This document shows, in pieces, positions 22,308 to 32,852 of a stretch of 64,000 nt of DNA. Source of the DNA: a virus. The notes beneath the pieces are model-generated. The model made no database searches and had not been told where the DNA came from. It worked only from the letters and a program-made list of their open reading frames with translations. The DNA lies in the IMG/VR virus record IMGVR_UViG_3300020045_009368, positions 1 to 64,000 of that record. The stretch is one strand, 5' to 3'. The translations under genes and the position numbers were made by a program. The stretch's first letter is position 1. The number at the start of each line of letters is the position of its first letter.

Positions 22308-22965
22308 CTTTAGGTAATTGTAATCTACCTACTAATTTTTTAACAATTTCTTCTGTAATATTATCTACATGATGTGCTTGTAATGGATAATCTGTTGTTA
22401 AATCATCAAAACATTTTTTAGGTATTTCACAACCACAACAGTTTGCATAATTTCTAAGTTCTAATGGATCTTCAAATATACCTGATACAGTTATACATTC
22501 AATTAATTTAACAGCGTTAGATTCACTAACTAAATAAATATATTGATCATCATCTAAAAATGCATATATAGCTTGACCAAATGATGAATATTTACTCCAT
22601 ATAGCTCTTTCTTTATTAACATAATTAAATGGTATTGCAACTCTATTAGTTGGTTTAACCGTAGTTATAGCTGATTTAAGATGTAATTCTAAAGGTTTGG
22701 GAACTTTCTGCTTTGTACGCATTATTGTGCCGCATTCGTACTCTAAATTACATTGATTGATAGATACTTCTTCAAGTTCTAAACATAGTGTTTGAAGAAT
22801 TGCATTATCAATAGTTTTTTGTAAGTTATTTAAATCATTTCTTAAATACTTAGCTCTTTTAATACCGTAAAGATACATTATATATCTTCCTGATATATTT
22901 GAATCATCACTGTATTCTTTAACTCCTTCTCTTACACTATACTCTAATTGAGCGATTGTTGCCAT
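22279..22965 (-). CDS. Tail ring protein
   Basis: 228 aa; QTLCLELEEV, GIFEDP and DETNNA C-terminus typical of crAss ring proteins. Confidence 0.6.
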   Translation of the reverse strand: MATIAQLEYSVREGVKEYSDDSNISGRYIMYLYGIKRAKYLRNDLNNLQKTIDNAILQTLCLELEEVSINQCNLEYECGTIMRTKQKVPKPLELHLKSAITTVKPTNRVAIPFNYVNKERAIWSKYSSFGQAIYAFLDDDQYIYLVSESNAVKLIECITVSGIFEDPLELRNYANCCGCEIPKKCFDDLTTDYPLQAHHVDNITEEIVKKLVGRLQLPKDETNNANDS

Positions 22966-22980
22966 ATATTATTTTAAATT

Positions 22981-23011
22981 AAAAAACCCTCAAATTTCTT
23001 TGAAGGTTTTG
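22981..23011 (-). terminator. Intrinsic terminator after the exonuclease gene
   Basis: AAAACCTTCAAA-loop-TTTGAGGGTTTTT on the minus strand. Confidence 0.6.
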
Positions 23012-23038
23012 AGTTTTATATTGTTGTTAAGTCTTTCA

Positions 23039-23974
23039 TTATTTATTAATTTCTAAATACTTTAAATAGTTTGTATTTGACATTTCAAATACTCTACCTG
23101 TATCTAAATCTATCATAATATGTTTTATTGTTCCAGAATTTGTAGTTACTGTTTTAACTTGTTTAATATTAATATTTCCTGTAATAGGAGAAGTTTGTTT
23201 AATTTGACCATTTAAAACTCCAGCATGAATTCTAGGATTATCTAAATATTTTAATTCATGATAAACTTTTTCAAGTTGTCTAACATCTTCATCACAATAA
23301 TCTAACATATCTTTCATTGCAGATCTATCGTTTTGCATTACAACTTTATTCCATAAATCAGGTGTAGTTTGTATTTTACCTTCAAATCCTAAAAATTTAG
23401 AAATATAATCTAATCTATTTGAATTTAAATAAAGTTTAGATTTAGCTACTTTTAATGTATCAAATTGTTTATAGTTAGGAAGTGTAGGAATTCTATGAAA
23501 TAAAGCTCTAGTTTTTAACCATTTAATATCAAAGTTATCACCGTTGTGAGCTACAATTAAATCTGCTTCATTTAATACTTCTACAAATTGTTCAATTAAA
23601 AATTTATCATTTTGATTTTTATCCCAAGATAAATTATAAACTTGATCTTCACCTAACCATTTATACGATACACATATAATTGCTCTTTCTTTTGTTATTT
23701 GATTTGGTTGAATATTTTGTTTATAACCTGCTCTCCAAAACCATCCTAGATTAGGAGATGTTTCTAAATCATATATTAAAATTTTACCTTCATTATTAAT
23801 TTTAGTAAATTCGTTATCTTTTAATTCTAAATTAACTTCTCTAATTGCGTCTTTACATTCTTGAATAGTTGTAATAAAACCTTTATTTAATAAAACACGT
23901 CTAAGTCTTTTACCACCTTCTTTTAAATATCCTTTTTTATTTCTTAAAAATTCTTTAATTTCTTCTTTATTCAT
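23039..23974 (-). CDS. DEDD/RNase H-like 3'-5' exonuclease
   Basis: ExoI YDLET, ExoII HNGDNFD and ExoIII YCDED motifs. Confidence 0.85.
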   Translation of the reverse strand: MNKEEIKEFLRNKKGYLKEGGKRLRRVLLNKGFITTIQECKDAIREVNLELKDNEFTKINNEGKILIYDLETSPNLGWFWRAGYKQNIQPNQITKERAIICVSYKWLGEDQVYNLSWDKNQNDKFLIEQFVEVLNEADLIVAHNGDNFDIKWLKTRALFHRIPTLPNYKQFDTLKVAKSKLYLNSNRLDYISKFLGFEGKIQTTPDLWNKVVMQNDRSAMKDMLDYCDEDVRQLEKVYHELKYLDNPRIHAGVLNGQIKQTSPITGNINIKQVKTVTTNSGTIKHIMIDLDTGRVFEMSNTNYLKYLEINK

Positions 23975-23999
23975 AATATTGATTTAATTAATATTAATA

Positions 24000-24031
24000 C
24001 AAAGATAATACAAATAAACGAGAAATCCTAA
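24000..24031 (-). promoter_or_regulatory. Bacteroidota sigma70-type promoter
   Basis: TTAGG...TATCTTTG upstream of the exonuclease gene. Confidence 0.7.
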
Positions 24032-24065
24032 TTTTTTTGCAATTATTTTATAATTTTTTTTATTA

Positions 24066-24302
24066 TTACACAGTTGTAGTAAAAATATCTTTAACTTCTT
24101 CAGCAAAATCAGCAAGAATTCTAAAAAAGAAATCGTTAATTTCTATATTTTTAAAATTTAAACCATTAGAATATAATGATTGACCTGTGTATTTATTAAT
24201 AATATTAAATTTATTATCTAAAAAAGTATATGTGTGATCATTTATTTTATAATACATTTCATTTAATAAAAAAAATTCATTATCAAATCTATTTATTTTC
24301 AT
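24066..24302 (-). CDS. Hypothetical protein
   Basis: 78 aa ORF coupled to the upstream gene. Confidence 0.5.
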   Translation of the reverse strand: MKINRFDNEFFLLNEMYYKINDHTYTFLDNKFNIINKYTGQSLYSNGLNFKNIEINDFFFRILADFAEEVKDIFTTTV

Positions 24303-24904
24303 TATAATTTTATTAAATATGTTAATGATATTGATTGATCAAAACTGTAACCACCTAAAATAACATTACCATTTCCAGTTTGAACACCTGCATTACCAGT
24401 AAAATTAAATTTATCTAATTCTTTAGTATTAGAAATTCCACCACCTACTAAAAAATTCCAAGTTTTTTTATTAAACTTAACAGGAACATCTAATTTTCTT
24501 TCTTTAATTGTCCAATCAAATTTCAAAGAATTTAATGTACCTTGTACTTCAGCAGTACCAATAATTTTAATACTATCATTTTCAAATGGAACTGCATATT
24601 TTCTAACTTGAATTGAATTTATATATTCTTTTAAACGCGCTGTTTCAGACTCTAAATTAATATATTTATCTGCTAATTCTTTATTAAAAGGATTTTCCGT
24701 AACAATTAAACTATCTTTGTATATCAAACTATCTTTAGTTTGAATAAGTGGTTTAGGTTTAATTATAACAGGTGAAGTACCAGACGATGCTGGTACAGTC
24801 ACTGTAACATTTTTAATTTCTTTTGGGCTAGTCCATCTACCTATAAAAAAAGATAACAATAAAATCGCTATTCCAATTATAATATATTTTATATTATTAT
24901 TCAT
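24302..24904 (-). CDS. Membrane-anchored lysis-associated (spanin-like) protein
   Basis: N-terminal TM helix, coiled coil and C-terminal beta strands; directly after the endolysin. Confidence 0.5.
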   Translation of the reverse strand: MNNNIKYIIIGIAILLLSFFIGRWTSPKEIKNVTVTVPASSGTSPVIIKPKPLIQTKDSLIYKDSLIVTENPFNKELADKYINLESETARLKEYINSIQVRKYAVPFENDSIKIIGTAEVQGTLNSLKFDWTIKERKLDVPVKFNKKTWNFLVGGGISNTKELDKFNFTGNAGVQTGNGNVILGGYSFDQSISLTYLIKL

Positions 24905-24907
24905 AAT

Positions 24908-25372
24908 TTAATTTTTAATTTCAAAATGCATCCAATCATAATTTTTTTCACGACCTAAAGAAACAAATCCATGTTTATAAAAAATGTCAATCATTTGTTT
25001 ATATTCAGGTCTAGCAAATCTTGCAGTTTTACTTGTTTCTTTTAATAAATTTCTTTCAGGATCTAAATCAATTGCAATACCCCAACTATGTCTAGAATAA
25101 TCTGAACCACCACGCATAGCTCTAAAATTAAAACAACCACCAAATAAATCAATTCCTAGCTCTTTTAATTTTTCATAACCATATACTTCTTTTAGTTCTA
25201 AAAATACTTTTTTAAAATTATCAGCAACTAATTTATGACATCTCATTTTGTTAACTGTAGTATTTAAATCCCAAGCTAATCTCATTGGATATGGTAAATC
25301 AATCGATACTAAATATTTTCCTTCTTGAGTTGGTTTACCATATTTAGTAATTGCTTCTTGTGTTGTAATCAT
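24908..25372 (-). CDS. Endolysin, M15-family Zn peptidase
   Basis: R...[10 protein letters not shown] and DWMHFE motifs. Confidence 0.85.
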   Translation of the reverse strand: MITTQEAITKYGKPTQEGKYLVSIDLPYPMRLAWDLNTTVNKMRCHKLVADNFKKVFLELKEVYGYEKLKELGIDLFGGCFNFRAMRGGSDYSRHSWGIAIDLDPERNLLKETSKTARFARPEYKQMIDIFYKHGFVSLGREKNYDWMHFEIKN

Positions 25373-25374
25373 AA

Positions 25375-25563
25375 TTATTTGATTTTATATTTATAATAAG
25401 GATCATTTAAAATTTTTTCAATTTCAATTAATCCTTGTTCTGTTTTATCTAAACTTTTTTTAATTTCTAAAGTTTCTTGTTCTAATGTTAAATTTGTTTC
25501 TTGATTATAACTTGTACATACTAAAAAAATAAAAGAAACAAATATTAATTCTATTTTTTTCAT
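25375..25563 (-). CDS. Small putative lipoprotein (o-spanin candidate)
   Basis: MKK, hydrophobic stretch, Cys (FLVC), then a coiled coil. Confidence 0.4.
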   Translation of the reverse strand: MKKIELIFVSFIFLVCTSYNQETNLTLEQETLEIKKSLDKTEQGLIEIEKILNDPYYKYKIK

Positions 25564-25931
25564 TAATCTAATTTTTTACGTATTCTATCTAAATCTTTTT
25601 CTAATTTATCAGCTTTTTCTTTTAACTCTTTGTTATAATTATCTCTAAGATTATCTAATTCAGCTTTGTTTTCAATCTCTTTATTTTTTTCAGCTTCTCT
25701 AATTGCTTTTAAACAATCTTTACTATCTGAAAGATTTAATGCTTTTTGGATTGATAATTCTCTTTTTATTTCATTTTCTCTTTCTTCAGCTTTATTAGCT
25801 CTTGAATAAAAAAAGAAATTACCTGCAGCCATTATTACCATTAATATTAAAGATAGAACCCAAGATCTATTCTTAGGTTCTGTATCAATAACTTTAATTG
25901 CGATATCTTTAGCATCTCCGCTATCTATCAT
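25563..25931 (-). CDS. Single-TM coiled-coil protein (i-spanin or holin candidate)
   Basis: One TM helix followed by a charged coiled coil; within the lysis cassette. Confidence 0.45.
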   Translation of the reverse strand: MIDSGDAKDIAIKVIDTEPKNRSWVLSLILMVIMAAGNFFFYSRANKAEERENEIKRELSIQKALNLSDSKDCLKAIREAEKNKEIENKAELDNLRDNYNKELKEKADKLEKDLDRIRKKLD

Positions 25932-25967
25932 TTTTATTTGTTTAGTTAGTTTAATTAATTTTAAAAT

Positions 25968-26124
25968 TTAAAAATTAGGTTGTATAAATATACCTTGTTC
26001 ACCAACTTGTAAAGTAACATTATATTTTTTTAGTAATTCTTGTAATTCGTTACTTGCCAATTTTGCTCTAGATTCCATATCTTCTTTTACAATTTCCTTT
26101 GCTTCTTCTATTTTTAGTGACATA
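25968..26124 (-). CDS. Small hypothetical protein (likely starts at MSLKIEE)
   Basis: Internal ATG follows the stop of the upstream gene; possible fibre chaperone. Confidence 0.4.
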
Positions 26125-26125
26125 A

Positions 26126-26362
26126 TTATATTTTTTTTAATTCTATATTTATTAATTCTAATATTTGTTTTCCTATTAAAGATTCTTTCCAATAAATAAA
26201 ATCACTTTGATAAGATTTTCGCTCTATTTTCAAAAGTTCATTATTTATATAAGTTATCTCTTTATAAAAAATTGACATTCTTTTCCCTTCTTCATGAGCT
26301 TCGATACCATCAAAAACTCTCTCTACTTTTATAATTGCTTCTAATTCACTAATTACTATCAT
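26126..26362 (-). CDS. Hypothetical protein downstream of the tail fibre
   Basis: 78 aa ORF. Confidence 0.5.
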   Translation of the reverse strand: MIVISELEAIIKVERVFDGIEAHEEGKRMSIFYKEITYINNELLKIERKSYQSDFIYWKESLIGKQILELINIELKKI

Positions 26363-26363
26363 A

Positions 26364-29360
26364 TTATACTGATGTTACGACTTCCCATCCTGAGTTGCCT
26401 CCTATTACTAATTTTCCTAAAGTACTGTCATATATTAATGCTCCTTTTACATAAGTTGGTCTACTTCCAGTAGCATATTGAGTTAAATTTACTCGACCTC
26501 TTAAAACAGTGTCAACAATAGAGGTATTACCTATTGTTGCAGTATTACTTCCTGCTCCAATTGCATTATATCCTATTACAATTTCATTTACAGACGTATT
26601 TGTAAATGCTTTTGTTAAATTTCCTAAAAATACAGATTGATTACAAGTTGTTAAAGGAGTTACTCCGTCTGCAATAAATCTACCTGCCCCAACACCAAAT
26701 ACTACATTTGCGGAACCTGACGTTAAATTATTGAAACATAAATATCCAAAACTACTATTTTCAGAACCTGTTGATAAAGCAGACAAACAATTAAATCCAA
26801 AACCAGTATTATTATTTCCGTTTGTTATGAGTTTTAATACATCATATCCGAATGCAGAATTATTACTTCCTGTAGTTAATGCTGTTAATATGTTATGACC
26901 AAATCCCGTGTTAGAAGTTCCTGTAAGTGAAGCTGAATTTAAAACAGAATAACCAAAACTTGTATTTGTTGGGGTAACGTTTTGTATTGCTATTCCTTTT
27001 ACAGTTGTACTAACTTCTTGTAAAATACTATTTCCTATAACACCTGATGCTGTAAATTTTGTTAATCTATTATTAGTACCTGTACCTGTTATTGGATTTG
27101 TTAATAAGTCTTGTTTAGTTGCTAAACCAGTATCAACATATATTTTTTGCGTATAATCTAAGTCTGTTATGTTTGGCGTGAAATCTCTATTTGAAGAAAT
27201 ACCTCTTGCTCCTGATGGTAGCTGTGAACCGCTTAAAACTAATCCTCCATCGTTATTTAAAGTGTCAATAAAAGTACTTAATGAAACGCTAAATTCTTCA
27301 AATGTAGCAGAAGATACAACTGACCTACCAGTTGTATTGCTTCCAAAACTTAAAGTTGCTGAATTTCCTAAATCTTCTAAATCTTTACTAATATCATTAA
27401 TACCAATTATTAAATCACTTTGTGTTGAAGAAAAACCCGTAATAGATTCAGTTTCTAATATTCCTGCAATAGGACTTCCAACTTCTGTTCCTGGTAATGG
27501 AATATAATTTCCAACTTGTGATTCTAAATATTCTTTTGTTATTAATGTTTTATTATCTCCTGAATTAATTAATGCTTCAGTTAATGTTGGAGCAATAACT
27601 CTACCTTCTTCATCAACTATAGCTCTTAATGTTTCAATTTGTAAATCATTTCCTGATACTGTTTTTTGTGAAGTATAAACCTCAACTCTACTTTGACCAA
27701 TTCCTTTACCTTTACCTGCTTTTAATTTAAGTGTACCACCATTAAGATTTGATGCACCATTTGGATTTTCTAATTTATAAATTTGCCCTCCAGAACTAGA
27801 GCCTGAACCGATATATATGTCACCATTAAAATTATCAATAGCTTCCCAAAATTGTGTACCTACTCCTGGAGAAGTTGGAAAACTATGAAATATAAAGTTA
27901 CCCACACCACTAGTTTGTTTATAAACACCAGAGTTTTGAGATATAGCATAAATATCACCATTATTATTAGAAGTTAATCCATACCAAGTTCTAAAAGTTT
28001 GTCCTAATCCAACAAAAGGACCAATTCCTCCTGTTTGTTTATAAATATCGTCATTATAAACAGGAATATAAATATCACCATTTGGTGCACTTGTAATTTT
28101 TCCATAATTTTTTGGAGGTTCACCTAGTGATACAAAAGAACCAGTACCCGCAGTTTGTTTATAAATACCACCTAATGTAGCACTTGAAGATACTCCATAA
28201 ACATCTCCATTAGGATGAGCATACACATCTAACCAAGGTACTGTTGTTATACTTTGTAAAACAAAAGAACCTGTTCCTGCTGTCTGCTTATAAATACCAT
28301 CGTAAGGTTTAGCATAATATATATCATTTGTACTTGTAACACAAATAGCATCTGGAGGCTGAGTTGAAGTTGCTTGATATAATGAAAAATCTGAGTCTAA
28401 AGGTCCTTTTTTAAATATACCTGCGGTATAAGTAGGAGCACCTTGTTGAATTGAAATATACATACTACCATCTGGTCCAAAAGTAACCTCGCTATAATTT
28501 ATAAGATCTTCATTTAAAGATATAAAATTACCAGAATCAGTTCCAATATCAGTACTTCCTGCTGTAATAGATAAATTTTTACCTTGTGTATTTTTGTCTG
28601 TTTTTTGAATACTAATTTCTCTATTAGATTGATTACCAAAATCAATATCTTTGTTTGGTGTAATTGTATCAATTCCTAAATTTGTGCCATTATCAAATAT
28701 TCTACTATTTCCAAGATTATATTCAGATGTAAATTTTGGAATAAAATCAGATTCTCCAATTATAATATTTACAGCATTATTATTAAGTAATTGAAAATCT
28801 GCATCTATAGTTTGTAATTCACCTAATCCATATAATCCACCAATAGGTAAAAATAAATAATCAGCTTCTAGTCCAATTTGTGTAACTTTAATTAATCTTG
28901 GTGCTATTGAAACATCTTGAAATTCAAAAGCAGGATTTAATTGATTTATATATTCTGAAACAGTTAATCCACCTAAATCTGTAATAGTATATATTTGAGT
29001 TAATGGATTATCTTCAATATCAAAAATAGTTATTGAATTTTCTGTAATAAATAATAAATTAGGTTTTGTCAATTGAATTCCATCAATACCATATGTTCCT
29101 CTTCCATAAGTTATTATATCATAAAATCTAACTCTAGAATAAGAATTTTCAGCATCATCTTCAGTAGCTACAAAAGCTTTTAATTTTACAATTTGAGTTT
29201 CAGATACGGTAAAAGTAGGTAAGTTATTATAAGCAATTAAAACTTTAGAATCTACTGATTGATTTGCAATATAAGGAATAGTTACAACTTTTACAATTTT
29301 ATTATTATCCTGAGCATCATTAAATGTAATATTACCTAATGAATTTTCTATATGTGCCAT
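26364..29360 (-). CDS. Tail fibre/receptor-binding protein with beta-propeller repeats and C-terminal NTxxG repeats
   Basis: Repeats of GIYKQTxGxGxF; NTGFG/NSAFG repeats; tail module context. Confidence 0.7.
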   Translation of the reverse strand: MAHIENSLGNITFNDAQDNNKIVKVVTIPYIANQSVDSKVLIAYNNLPTFTVSETQIVKLKAFVATEDDAENSYSRVRFYDIITYGRGTYGIDGIQLTKPNLLFITENSITIFDIEDNPLTQIYTITDLGGLTVSEYINQLNPAFEFQDVSIAPRLIKVTQIGLEADYLFLPIGGLYGLGELQTIDADFQLLNNNAVNIIIGESDFIPKFTSEYNLGNSRIFDNGTNLGIDTITPNKDIDFGNQSNREISIQKTDKNTQGKNLSITAGSTDIGTDSGNFISLNEDLINYSEVTFGPDGSMYISIQQGAPTYTAGIFKKGPLDSDFSLYQATSTQPPDAICVTSTNDIYYAKPYDGIYKQTAGTGSFVLQSITTVPWLDVYAHPNGDVYGVSSSATLGGIYKQTAGTGSFVSLGEPPKNYGKITSAPNGDIYIPVYNDDIYKQTGGIGPFVGLGQTFRTWYGLTSNNNGDIYAISQNSGVYKQTSGVGNFIFHSFPTSPGVGTQFWEAIDNFNGDIYIGSGSSSGGQIYKLENPNGASNLNGGTLKLKAGKGKGIGQSRVEVYTSQKTVSGNDLQIETLRAIVDEEGRVIAPTLTEALINSGDNKTLITKEYLESQVGNYIPLPGTEVGSPIAGILETESITGFSSTQSDLIIGINDISKDLEDLGNSATLSFGSNTTGRSVVSSATFEEFSVSLSTFIDTLNNDGGLVLSGSQLPSGARGISSNRDFTPNITDLDYTQKIYVDTGLATKQDLLTNPITGTGTNNRLTKFTASGVIGNSILQEVSTTVKGIAIQNVTPTNTSFGYSVLNSASLTGTSNTGFGHNILTALTTGSNNSAFGYDVLKLITNGNNNTGFGFNCLSALSTGSENSSFGYLCFNNLTSGSANVVFGVGAGRFIADGVTPLTTCNQSVFLGNLTKAFTNTSVNEIVIGYNAIGAGSNTATIGNTSIVDTVLRGRVNLTQYATGSRPTYVKGALIYDSTLGKLVIGGNSGWEVVTSV

Positions 29361-29361
29361 A

Positions 29362-29760
29362 TTATATTGTTTGTGTTAAGTATTTTAAAACTACTTTACT
29401 TCCAGAAGTTACTGTAAATGTAACAGGTGTTTGATTTAAATTTGTAAATTCAGTATTTAATACAGTTCCTGTTGGATACGTAATAGTTGTTAAACCTGTT
29501 GTTTCTGTTATATTACCTTCTAAAACCATAATTGAAAAACTATGGAATGAGTTAATTGGAAAAGACACTTCTTCATTATCTAAAGGTTCATAAACTATTG
29601 TAGTTTGTACACCGTAATCTATACCACCATTTGAGCAAGTATTTACAGCAGCAACTAATTCTACTAATTTTATTAAATCTTCATTTTTTATTTTTTTACA
29701 ATCTGCAAAAGCAATTAATAATTCATTAATTACTTGAGAAATTTCATTACAATTTATCAT
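29362..29760 (-). CDS. Tail-associated structural protein
   Basis: 132 aa; context only. Confidence 0.45.
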   Translation of the reverse strand: MINCNEISQVINELLIAFADCKKIKNEDLIKLVELVAAVNTCSNGGIDYGVQTTIVYEPLDNEEVSFPINSFHSFSIMVLEGNITETTGLTTITYPTGTVLNTEFTNLNQTPVTFTVTSGSKVVLKYLTQTI

Positions 29761-30413
29761 TATATATCTTGTTTTATTTGTATTTTTATTGTTTCAGAAC
29801 TAAAATCTTTATTAGTTACTAATAACGTCATATTAAGTAACGGAATTAAAACAATATCAAAATCATCTGTTATAATTTCATTTGTTGTTATATTTGTAAT
29901 AATATAATTAGTAATAGAAGACTCTGAAATTGCAAAGCATTTTTTATGCTCACCAGTATATACAATATCAACTCCAGTTTCAAATTCTAATTTTGTTTTA
30001 AATAATTTATTATTAAAATAATTATCAATTAAAATTTCTTCTGAAAGTTCATCAGTTATATTTACAGTTAATCTTGAATCTTGCCAATAAAATAACTTAT
30101 TAGATATTAAAAAATTATTACAATCTTTTGTTTCAGCTTGAACAAATTTTGGTTTAATTTGAACATGTTTTGGATATTTTAAAACAGGACATATGTATTT
30201 AGAAGAAAATTGAATATTTTCATATATAGAAGTTAATTTATTAATTTCTTCAACACTTAAATCTAAATTACAAGAATTTAATAATTTATAAATAATATTT
30301 AAATAATTAATATCTTCAATATTTAATTGACCATATATTTTAGATTGATTATAAATATTTTCAATAGATTTAATAATTACTGAAATATGTGTCTTATTGT
30401 CAATATGTAACAT
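29760..30413 (-). CDS. Tail hub-like structural protein
   Basis: 217 aa; context only. Confidence 0.4.
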   Translation of the reverse strand: MLHIDNKTHISVIIKSIENIYNQSKIYGQLNIEDINYLNIIYKLLNSCNLDLSVEEINKLTSIYENIQFSSKYICPVLKYPKHVQIKPKFVQAETKDCNNFLISNKLFYWQDSRLTVNITDELSEEILIDNYFNNKLFKTKLEFETGVDIVYTGEHKKCFAISESSITNYIITNITTNEIITDDFDIVLIPLLNMTLLVTNKDFSSETIKIQIKQDI

Positions 30414-30414
30414 A

Positions 30415-30993
30415 TTAATATTGTTTAAATTTATTACAAGAATTACATTCTATTGTTTCACAATTTTTACATTGTTTAATACTACAAAGTTTTTTTAATT
30501 TATGAATCATTTGAATTGCTTGAGTATAATAACCTATTTCAATTGCATTTTCAATCATTTCAATTAAAAGATTAATTGTAATTACAATATTATTATTAGA
30601 ATTATTTCCACAGTTAGTACAATTACCAATTCCAGATTCTAAAAAATATGATAATAAACATTGTATGTAATTACCTAAATTATACGTAATTCCTAATGCT
30701 GGATCTTGACAAGTACTACAATCAGATTCTTCATCTTCATATGTGCTTTCTACTTCTATAAATAATATATCTTCAAATTTAGAAATATTTAATTCTGAGT
30801 TAGTAACAATGAAAATTTCTTTATTGTTTATTTGTTCTAATTTATAATCTAAATTAATTTTTAAAGAATAATCTTTAAAATCATCCATTTTCCATAAATT
30901 AATATGAGATATTTCATATCCTTCATTTGTTTCAACATCAATTGCTAAACCTTCTCCGTTATTAATTATTGAGAAATTATTTATTACGATCAT
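30415..30993 (-). CDS. Cys-rich tail hub-like protein
   Basis: CxxC clusters and a Cys-rich C-terminus, as in crAss hub proteins. Confidence 0.5.
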   Translation of the reverse strand: MIVINNFSIINNGEGLAIDVETNEGYEISHINLWKMDDFKDYSLKINLDYKLEQINNKEIFIVTNSELNISKFEDILFIEVESTYEDEESDCSTCQDPALGITYNLGNYIQCLLSYFLESGIGNCTNCGNNSNNNIVITINLLIEMIENAIEIGYYTQAIQMIHKLKKLCSIKQCKNCETIECNSCNKFKQY

Positions 30994-31007
30994 TTATTTT
31001 TTGATAT

Positions 31008-31044
31008 AAAAAAAGAGGAAAAGGAAAAATCCTCGTCCTCTTTT
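31008..31044 (-). terminator. Intrinsic terminator after the auxiliary capsid gene
   Basis: AAAAGAGGA/TCCTCTTTT stem with T-tract. Confidence 0.7.
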
Positions 31045-31064
31045 AGGTTAATTTTATTTTAATA

Positions 31065-32072
31065 TTATACTACTGGTAAGTTAGCAGGTACTGTTGCTAA
31101 TGTTCCAACAGCAGTTCTAATATCAGTAAGTACTGAATTTGTATTTGCATTGTTTGCTAATGTATCAGAAGCTTTTTCTACAATAATTGTAAGTACTTTA
31201 TACTGTCTTTCAACAGAAGTTTCATTACGTGGTGCAAAATATTTAATTTGAATTACATTATAAATACCAGAAGCTGAAGCGTAATAAGGAGTAAGACTAC
31301 CGAAGTTAGCAGGATACCCAAAATCTCTTGCAGGATCATATTTCATACCTTTAGTAAAGTATTCATAATTAGTAGCCCATTTACCAGTTCCATTTCCTAC
31401 GAAAGGAGCAACTGTCTGTGTAGATGTCAAATAACCTAAATCAGAACCTTGTCCGTTTGTAGGTACATTTTCAAAAACTTTACCTTTAGCTGTAAATAAC
31501 AATTTACGTCCGTCAATACGACCTGGTCTGTTTGCTTGGAATTTTTCAGTAATTAAAATACCTGTACCATCTGCAACAGCTGTAAATTCATTTCCACCTC
31601 TACGAGCTAAGTTTTTATTCAAAGAAAGCAAAACACCATTTCTAATAGTAGTTGCAGTATCAGAACCAATTACTTCACCTGTTACATAGTAACCTGGAAT
31701 AACTGTAAAATTTTCAGGAGATAATTGATCTTCTAATCTAATTTCAACTTGATAAGTTTTTTTTGGTGCAACTGCTCCAGCAGCGTTAAAACCATCAACT
31801 TTAACAGCACCTAATACTTCAGCAGCATAAGCTTTAACTGTAATTTTATCAATATAGCGAGGATCTATTTTATCTGAAAATTCAAATCCACCAGCAGCTT
31901 CTGTGGCTTTTTGAAGTACAAAGAATGGTTTTCCTGCAGCTACATTTGATCCGTCTTTTGACAAGACTTTTAATTCTTTATCACTGGCTGTTGCAATAAA
32001 AGTAGCTACTGTTGTTTCTGTTGCTACTGCATTACCAATCATTAATTCACCTACTTGATTAGGTCCAAACAT
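31065..32072 (-). CDS. Auxiliary capsid protein
   Basis: 335 aa; MFGPNQV start, GNGTGKW...EYFTKG motif, high-expression codon usage, conserved position. Confidence 0.7.
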   Translation of the reverse strand: MFGPNQVGELMIGNAVATETTVATFIATASDKELKVLSKDGSNVAAGKPFFVLQKATEAAGGFEFSDKIDPRYIDKITVKAYAAEVLGAVKVDGFNAAGAVAPKKTYQVEIRLEDQLSPENFTVIPGYYVTGEVIGSDTATTIRNGVLLSLNKNLARRGGNEFTAVADGTGILITEKFQANRPGRIDGRKLLFTAKGKVFENVPTNGQGSDLGYLTSTQTVAPFVGNGTGKWATNYEYFTKGMKYDPARDFGYPANFGSLTPYYASASGIYNVIQIKYFAPRNETSVERQYKVLTIIVEKASDTLANNANTNSVLTDIRTAVGTLATVPANLPVV

Positions 32073-32103
32073 AATTTTTAATTTATTTAATTTATACTAG
32101 TTT

Positions 32104-32850
32104 TTATTCATTACGAATATCTAATTGAACTTTTGTTTGTAAATTATCTTTTTGATAATCTGCTAAAGCTAGTTCGACAGCTCTATCTAATATTTCAGAA
32201 TGTATTTCTTGATCTAATTCACAATTAGTTAATGTTGAAATACCATCTATTGTTAATGTTTCTGAAGGATATGTTGTTAAAAGATTTTCTAATATAATAG
32301 GTTTAGGGTATTTAATATATCTAATTTGATATTCTAAACTACCTGTAATATTATAAGGGGATATAATTTCAACAACTTTATCATTTACAATATTTGATAT
32401 ATTTAATCTCCAAGCAATTTCTTCATTTGGATTTTGAAATGGATTTTTAATTTGAGTATTAAATTCATCATGTGTTACTGGTACAACTTCAATTATTGCA
32501 CCATTCGCACAATCTTCAGATGTAACTTTTACTTTTTCATTTATGATTAAAAATAATTCATTAGGAACTATAAAAAATCTAGATGAAGGATGTATTGCAA
32601 TTGAATTTGATGTTGAAACATTTACTTTATAATCTTTAACTAATTGTTTTAAATCAGTTCTTCTTTTTTCAGAATTTTCAAATCCTCTTTTTTTTCTATT
32701 ACTATCAGGATCATAATAATTTTTAACAATTTCTAATTGAGCCTTAGTTAAATAAACTGATTTCTCATAAATATCTAAACTAGGATTAGATTGTCCAGCA
32801 ATATTATTATACTGAATATCAAAATTGTTATTAAATTCCTGTACAGTCAT
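32104..32850 (-). CDS. Head-tail ring protein
   Basis: YEKSVYLTKAQ, YIKYPKPIIL and CELDQEIHSEILDRAVELA motifs. Confidence 0.7.
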   Translation of the reverse strand: MTVQEFNNNFDIQYNNIAGQSNPSLDIYEKSVYLTKAQLEIVKNYYDPDSNRKKRGFENSEKRRTDLKQLVKDYKVNVSTSNSIAIHPSSRFFIVPNELFLIINEKVKVTSEDCANGAIIEVVPVTHDEFNTQIKNPFQNPNEEIAWRLNISNIVNDKVVEIISPYNITGSLEYQIRYIKYPKPIILENLLTTYPSETLTIDGISTLTNCELDQEIHSEILDRAVELALADYQKDNLQTKVQLDIRNE

Positions 32851-32852
32851 AA

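Noticed and set aside
27169-27507. Plus-strand ORFs antisense to structural genes (also 33415, 36798, 40168, 40373, 40832, 41663, 43684)
   Set aside because: Shadow frames of long, well-supported minus-strand genes; no leaders or motifs.
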